A program made the position numbers and the translations under genes. A DNA stretch of 64,000 bases from Convolutriloba macropyga (Eukaryota): the NCBI RefSeq assembly GCF_964194025.1, contig NC_134472.1, positions 57,474,001 to 57,538,000 on the forward strand. Reading direction: 5' to 3'. Below the pieces are notes generated by a model. The model had not been told where the DNA came from. It saw only the letters and a program-made list of their open reading frames with translations, and did no database searches. Below, piece by piece: positions 58,001-64,000 of this stretch. Position 1 is the stretch's first letter. Every line of letters begins with the position of its first letter.

Positions 58001-60750
58001 ATGCAGTAAAGCTGCACAGCCCTACAGCATTGTAGCGTGGGGTACAGTGCATGTATAGATTTCAAACAGCTTTCTGATCACGTCCGCGTCAATTTCGGTT
58101 CCTAGCTCAATTTCATGAGTTTCTCAAACACGTCCGATACTTACAGTGAGCTTTTGTAAATGTTAGCACTTTCGCTATAGCCGTATCAAGTGCCTATTTC
58201 CTATCTATTTTACAACTTTAAGGTTTTTGACTCCAATTTAAACGTACAGGCACAGTATTTAGGGGACAATATAAGATTGTCAACACCTAAATCTTATTCA
58301 GCTAATTGATATCTTGGAATAAGTTCTTCTTACAACTGGTGATTAGGACTCTCTGTCAAATCAAATAGCGGTACAGTATGTTTTCTATGGGGCTTCAAAT
58401 AATGATTAGTGAGCTTACATTGGTCACCAGCAAGGTTCAAAGTGAAAAAACAATTTCGGCGCGCTTTGATCTCTAGTAGGAAACCCTAGTAGGAGTAAGT
58501 TAGATCACACAAAGTGCAAGAGAAACGTAATGGAAAGACACTCGGAAAAGCTACACGGTCAAGCAGATTTTTAAAAAACGACACAAGAATAGAAACAGCT
58601 TGTAAATTCTTTTGAAAATAATTTTAGAAAGCTTGACCTAACTCTGCAGAATTCGCTCTCAAAGCCAAAATGAAAAAATTCAGCAATACAGCAAAATTCT
58701 TGGGAAAACAATTAGACTCTTTAATGGCAGCTTCCGCCAAAAACTTGTTCAAGCCCAATTACAACATAATTATCTCTTCTGAAAAACAACAACTCAGGAC
58801 GACCTAAACACCAGGGATCTCAGCTCCTATTCTCTGAACTCTCATTGCCTTCGGCTTTGCAGAACTAAATTCAAATGCAAACTTGATACCATAGTACCAA
58901 AAGCAAGCAAGCTCCGTCGCAGTGAATGCAACTTTCTACCGAAATTCTATATTGCGAACTAATTGCTTTATTGGTAACTGTTTCATATTTTCTGCTGGTT
59001 CTATTGCTTTACAACTAAACATTACCCACAATTCGCATGGATTACTCCACTCTTGAACCACTGACAGGGACTCAATTCCACTTTAGCCTTCTTAATCTAT
59101 GAGCTAGTAGCGGGCAACAGGTTTTCTAAGGGACTTCAAAAGATGTTAATTGAGCTTTCTCATTTGGAGGTTTTAAAGAAAACCGGAGCACGTTTTGCTC
59201 AACTTTTTTGTCTTCAGATTTTCCAAAATATGAGTTCAAAAGCGTGGAACATAATTTGGCAAAAAAGCAACTTTAAGTGCCATTTTTATTTCAACTTTTG
59301 TAAAAATTCGCCAATTGAGGTCCGCTGTTTAAACATCTGCACAAGACAGCAATCAAGTTAGATCACAAAAAATTAGAAGCATAATTCAAAGTCGGTCTGA
59401 AAATCTACACGATCAGAAGATAAAATTTTAACGGAAAGACTACAAAAATTGCCTAAAACTTAGATTGACTTTTATCTTCGCAGCATGTGCTCTCAGATCA
59501 GAAGTGCCATAGGAAGGCAGATTGCAGTTTGCTCTAGCTGAGGGTCTGATTTCATCATGGACAACAAACGAACGTAATAAATATACTAAATGATAAGAAT
59601 TATTTGAGTACAGAAACTATAATCGGTTTTAGTTTGGATTCTCGGACATTGACTTAATCGCCGATAAGCGTACTTCATAATAAATCGTTCTGTTTAGATC
59701 AGCCAAATTCCACTGAAAAGCATCCAGTCCAGCAACAGACTTCGAGAGCAATCCATAAACTCACTTGTTCAGGGAAATAACATTTTGATCATCTCTTATT
59801 AAGAGGACACAACTTGAGATGTAATCACTATCGTACCAAATATCAAAAACTCAAAGCGAAACAAATTACAATTAAAAACCAGTAAAACTGCACAGTTCTA
59901 TAGCAGTGTAGCGCGTGGCAGACTGTTTGTATAGATTTAAAAGAGCTTTCTGATCACGTCCGAGTTAAATTCGATTCCCAGCTCTTATTTCATAAGTTTC
60001 CCAAACACTACCTATACTTCGAGGGAGATTTTTTAATTGATAGCACTTTCGTTATAGCCACATCATATGCTTATCTTCTATCTAACTAATTCAAAATTTT
60101 GAGGTTTTTGGCTCAACTTTAACATACAAACACAGTCTATTTAGGGGACAATAGAAGATTGTTGACAGCTAAATCTAATTTAGCAAATTGGTGACTTGGA
60201 AAATTTTCTTAGAACTGGTGATTAGGACTCCCTGTAAAATCAAATAGCGGGACAGTAGGTTTTCTATGGGGCTTCAAATAGTGTTTAGCGAACTTAGATT
60301 GGCCACCAGCAAGATTTAAAGTGAAAAAAATTCTGGTGCTCATTTTATTTGACCTTTAATAGGAAACCTCCAATAAATGATTTTATCTGTTTAAAAATCT
60401 GCAGAGAGCGAGCAAGTTAGTTGCAAAATCACTAGGAAAATCAACCTTCACAGTCAAGCAAACAATTTGAAAATAAGATGACACGAGTATACCATAGTAC
60501 AAAAGCACGCCATCTCACTCCGACTCCACCCCAGTGAATGCAACTTTTTAATATTTATAACTAATAACTTTATTGGAAACGTTTCACCTTCTCTGCTAGT
60601 TCTTTTGCCCAAAAATTAAACATTATCCAAACATAAATTGTTCCGCTCTTGAACCACTGACGTGGACTCATTACATTGTAGTCTGCTTGATCATGGCATT
60701 AAGAGCGGGGACAGTAGGTTTTCTAAGGGGCTTCAAATGATGTTTATGAA
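52030..60750. repeat. Diverged head-to-tail complex tandem array with higher-order structure
   Basis: Marker gaaaaac(c)a..gctcaag at 52235, 53032, 54787, 55428, 56204 and 58781; marker ctgcacag..tac/tagcagc at 53982, 56971, 58013 and 59888; no conserved ORF. Confidence 0.85.
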
Positions 60751-60849
60751 ACTTACTTACTTCGCCTGATTTTTGTGATAATTTTATTTAATAGTTTCAG
60801 AGAAGGACAATGTCATTAACCACTAGCATTGATGCATGCGTTGAAGTGG

Positions 60850-63800
60850 ATATGCCACCATATTGATCTGGGTCAGAACTCAACTCCAAAAAGCAATAAC
60901 AAAAGCTCCTGCCTTAAGTCCCAGAGGCCAAAACCTGTTACCCGAAAGCACCATATCGCAAATTGAAGTGTCTATCAAAGAAGCAATTACAGGTGCTATT
61001 CCCCATATAACTGATTAAAGTATATCTGAATTGAAGGAAACCATCCAAAGAAACGTGGAAGATGCTATACCATCAATGAAGATCCAACTTGAGAAGGAGA
61101 TAAAACCAAAACTGACAAATATAACGGACCAAAGTGCTCTGCAAGCGCAATCTTAAGCCAAAAAAGCAGAAAGCTACAACCGACGAGACAACATAAAATT
61201 AGTTGCAATGCCAGAAGACAGAAAAATTGATTCCAACGGACGCAAAATGCCTGAAGGCTATGATGTGAATATGAAGAAAGTGATGGAAATTGCGGATGTG
61301 CTTAAATCTCTTAAAACGACATATCCATTGCCCATCGTCTACCATCAAGACGGAAAAACGAAAGGCCTATCATTGTGAAGTTTGCTAGAAGAGTTGCAAA
61401 GATCGAAATGTGGAAGAAGAGGAAAAAGCTCTCAGTGAACAGTTTCGCAGTCTCAAGATAATTGAAGTCATCACTCAAACTCATGAAGAATAACTCACGA
61501 ATTGAAAGTGCCTGGACCAAAGAGAGATATACCCACTACATTTGGAAAAACAAAAGGTTATACAAAGTAAATGGGCTATACGAAGCGGGGCTGTTCCTTG
61601 AACACCCGTTCGCGGACGTCTGGAACTGCTTCAACAGCGCTTCTATTGTTTTTGGTGCAAACCAAGAGTCTTAAAAGTTCAAACAAAAAATCCAATACTT
61701 CATTCTCAAGTGCTTGCATTTCGTTTTTGAATGTTAACGTGAGATCTCTTAAGAAGCACTCGACTTGGAAGCACTTGTGTATAGCCTTGGGTTTCCACCA
61801 TGTATGCTAGGATTAACTGAATAGTGGTCAGGTGATAATGATGACTGTCTACCTTTTCTTATCAAGGGCTACAGTAGATTTATATCAAAAAATCGTAAAG
61901 CTTATGGTAGAGGAATTATGCTGCAATTAAGACAGTATTGTAATGTTATTGAAGAAATTTCCAGTCCCTTTGATGAGGCAAAAAATGGCGAAATTGAAAA
62001 GAAAGGATTTCATTCCGCGTTACAATACATAGGACCTTACAGAGAAGGTAGATGAATTTTTGGTGAAATAGCATCAAAAAATAAACCAATAGTTTTATGC
62101 GGGGACATAAACATCAATCTACTAGGCAGCAATCTTATGTCAAATAGTTATCTAACTGCAATCGAATCAAATGCCTTTCTAATAGCCCCCTCAAAGCCAC
62201 TTGTGTAGATATTAACTCCACCAGCATTGACCATTTCATACACCTAAAACTGAACTCACCTGTAGTTGAGGTCATGGAATTTCAGAACTTCAGCGACCAT
62301 CACCCTGTTGTACTAAAATGGAAAAAACAATACAAGGGTGTAAGCTCTAAAATATTTCGTAATACAACAAACATCCTAAAATCTGAATCTCAAGTAAATT
62401 GCTTTCAAATCTCTTAAGAAAATCTTATTTAACCTGGTCATTCAATACAAGGTAGCATTGGTATTAAACAACCATTCAAAACGTTTGAAGGTGTGCTCAC
62501 TGACGTTACTGATCGCTTCGCGCCGCTTGTAAAGTCAAAAACCATTCCTTCGAATGAACCCAAATGATTCACAAACTATTTACAGATGTCGGAAGAATTG
62601 CTCTTGAACGATAGTCAAGGCAATTTAATTCATGGTCTTTAGTCTAGATCGATTTCTCTTTATGGGTGCAAAAAATTATTGACCCCACCGGGATTCGAAC
62701 TACTGACCTCTCGATCCATGGCGACCCACACTGCGGTACGAGTCACTTAATTTTGCTATGCTGCAACCGATTTTATATTAGAAACATCGGAGCACTAGGA
62801 GATCACTGCGGTACGAGTCACTTAATTTTGCTATGCTGCAATCGATTTTATATTAGCAACATTGGAGCACTAGATATCACTCAAGAAGATGCACGAAAGC
62901 GTGAAAAAGTCACCTGAGAAGTCAAAGAATGTTCTAGAAGAAAAGCGCAATATAGTCAAACGCAAAATTTGCATAAAAAAGACACACGTTTACAATAATT
63001 GCTATGAACTTCGTTCAAGAGCAATCAAAAGCTTACTAACCGTCACTGTCTAAGTTCTGTTCTCTTGGGGGAAGATTTGAAAACGAAGTTAAGCTTTCCA
63101 AAAAGAAATATAAAAATAGGTTAAGGTTAACTCAAGGAGACTCAAGGCAAACTTATAAGTTATTAAGTGAACGAAGAGGTAAAATTTTAAGGAACAGATC
63201 ATGCCGAGATCGTTCGATGAGTGTTGTCAGATGGTGTTACTGCAGTAACAGTTTGAAACAAATTCAACAAATTTTTCTCAACCATTGGTGAGGAACTTTA
63301 GGCTGAAATACCTCAATGTCCGTCATAAGCTTGCATGAAGCAAATTGGTCAATGCCTTTTCGTGAAACATCGGCTCTGAAGGTGATAAAAATAAAAAGCT
63401 AGAATTAAAATCGTCATGTGGGGACGATCACATCTCTAACCGGATAGTTCGAGCCTCTGCTCCTATAGTAGCTACATATTCGAAGGATCTCATCAATTTG
63501 TTTTTCCCCAAGGTAAGTTTCCCAAGAGCTTATCAAGGGCTAAAGTCTTTCCGCTGCATAAAGGAAACTCAACAACAGATGGAAACAATAATCGGCCAAT
63601 ATCCCTATTAAAAGTTTGCAGGAAAGTTTTCGAAAGAGTAATGTACAGCCAACTCTGAGTATTTTGAGATCAATGATTTCTTCCATTGTAGACAGTTTGG
63701 GTTCAGAAAAAAGCATAGTACAACTGATGCACTGGCAGATTTAACAGAACAAATGCGCCTTAGTAATCGGAAAACAATTAGCTTCTTTCTTGATCTAGAG

Positions 63801-64000
63801 AAAGCATTTGACATATTTGATCATAGTATTTTGCAGGACAAGTTAGAAAAGTATGGAGTGCGCTATAACACCTCAAGTTAGTTAACGAGCTACTAGAGCG
63901 ATCGAATGCAATGGGTTGAAGTAGGGAATAATGCCTCTGACTGGAATTGCTTTAGCTGTGGGATAACGCAGGGGTCCATCCTCGGAGCCCTTCTGTTTTT
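60850..64000 (+). mobile_element. Degenerate CR1/L2-group LINE (ORF1 + APE-RT ORF2 remnants), antisense to ankyrin
   Basis: ORF1 remnants YNRRDNIKL and DISIAHRLP..RPIIVKFARR. APE remnants FLNVNVRSL, LCGDINI and FSDHHPV. RT remnants [25 protein letters not shown] and QGSILG. Many stops and frameshifts; 5' boundary approximate. Confidence 0.88.
62573..63025 (-). mobile_element. Family B-related HINE-like element inserted in the CR1-like LINE; carries a tRNA-like segment and a 75-bp duplication
   Basis: Perfect 15-bp subTIR attgctcttgaacga (62597-62611) / tcgttcaagagcaat (63011-63025); interrupts LINE ORF2. Confidence 0.65.

Noticed and set aside
52514-60245. Recurrent ttgacag|gtagt as recursive splice sites in the upstream array
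   Set aside because: The GT is lost in several copies and the donor is weak.
62675-62745. Functional tRNA gene
   Set aside because: Only box-like motifs are present; I could not fold a full cloverleaf. Reported as a tRNA-like fragment instead.
63036-63100. Possible ankyrin first exon ending at a gttagt donor
   Set aside because: No in-frame ATG, the wrong phase for the next exon, and it lies within LINE remnants.

Overview
AT-rich animal genomic DNA; the lineage cannot be fixed from the sequence alone. Most of the window is one large minus-strand gene for a canonical but divergent ankyrin (Ank/unc-44 type). I reconstructed 17 coding exons by hand (51673 down to 1), all with GT-AG boundaries and consistent phases. 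They encode 24 ANK repeats, the linker and the start of ZU5. The ATG exon was not found, and the 3' part runs off the window. The introns are expanded by: (i) an intact 1042-aa CRE-like non-LTR retrotransposon (RT, CCHC, restriction-like endonuclease) whose N-terminus carries an apparent chromo-barrel/Tudor-knot domain; (ii) about 20 non-autonomous Helentron-type (HINE/DINE-1-like) elements of at least two families, almost all co-oriented with the host transcript; (iii) a TIR element resembling non-autonomous EnSpm/CMC elements. Upstream of the first identified exon lie an ~8.7-kb diverged higher-order tandem array and a decayed CR1/L2-like LINE. Best leads: the chromatin-reader-like domain in the retrotransposon, the strand-polarised rolling-circle elements, and loss of the spectrin-binding DAR motif in the ankyrin. 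All alignments were done by eye; no database searches were run.
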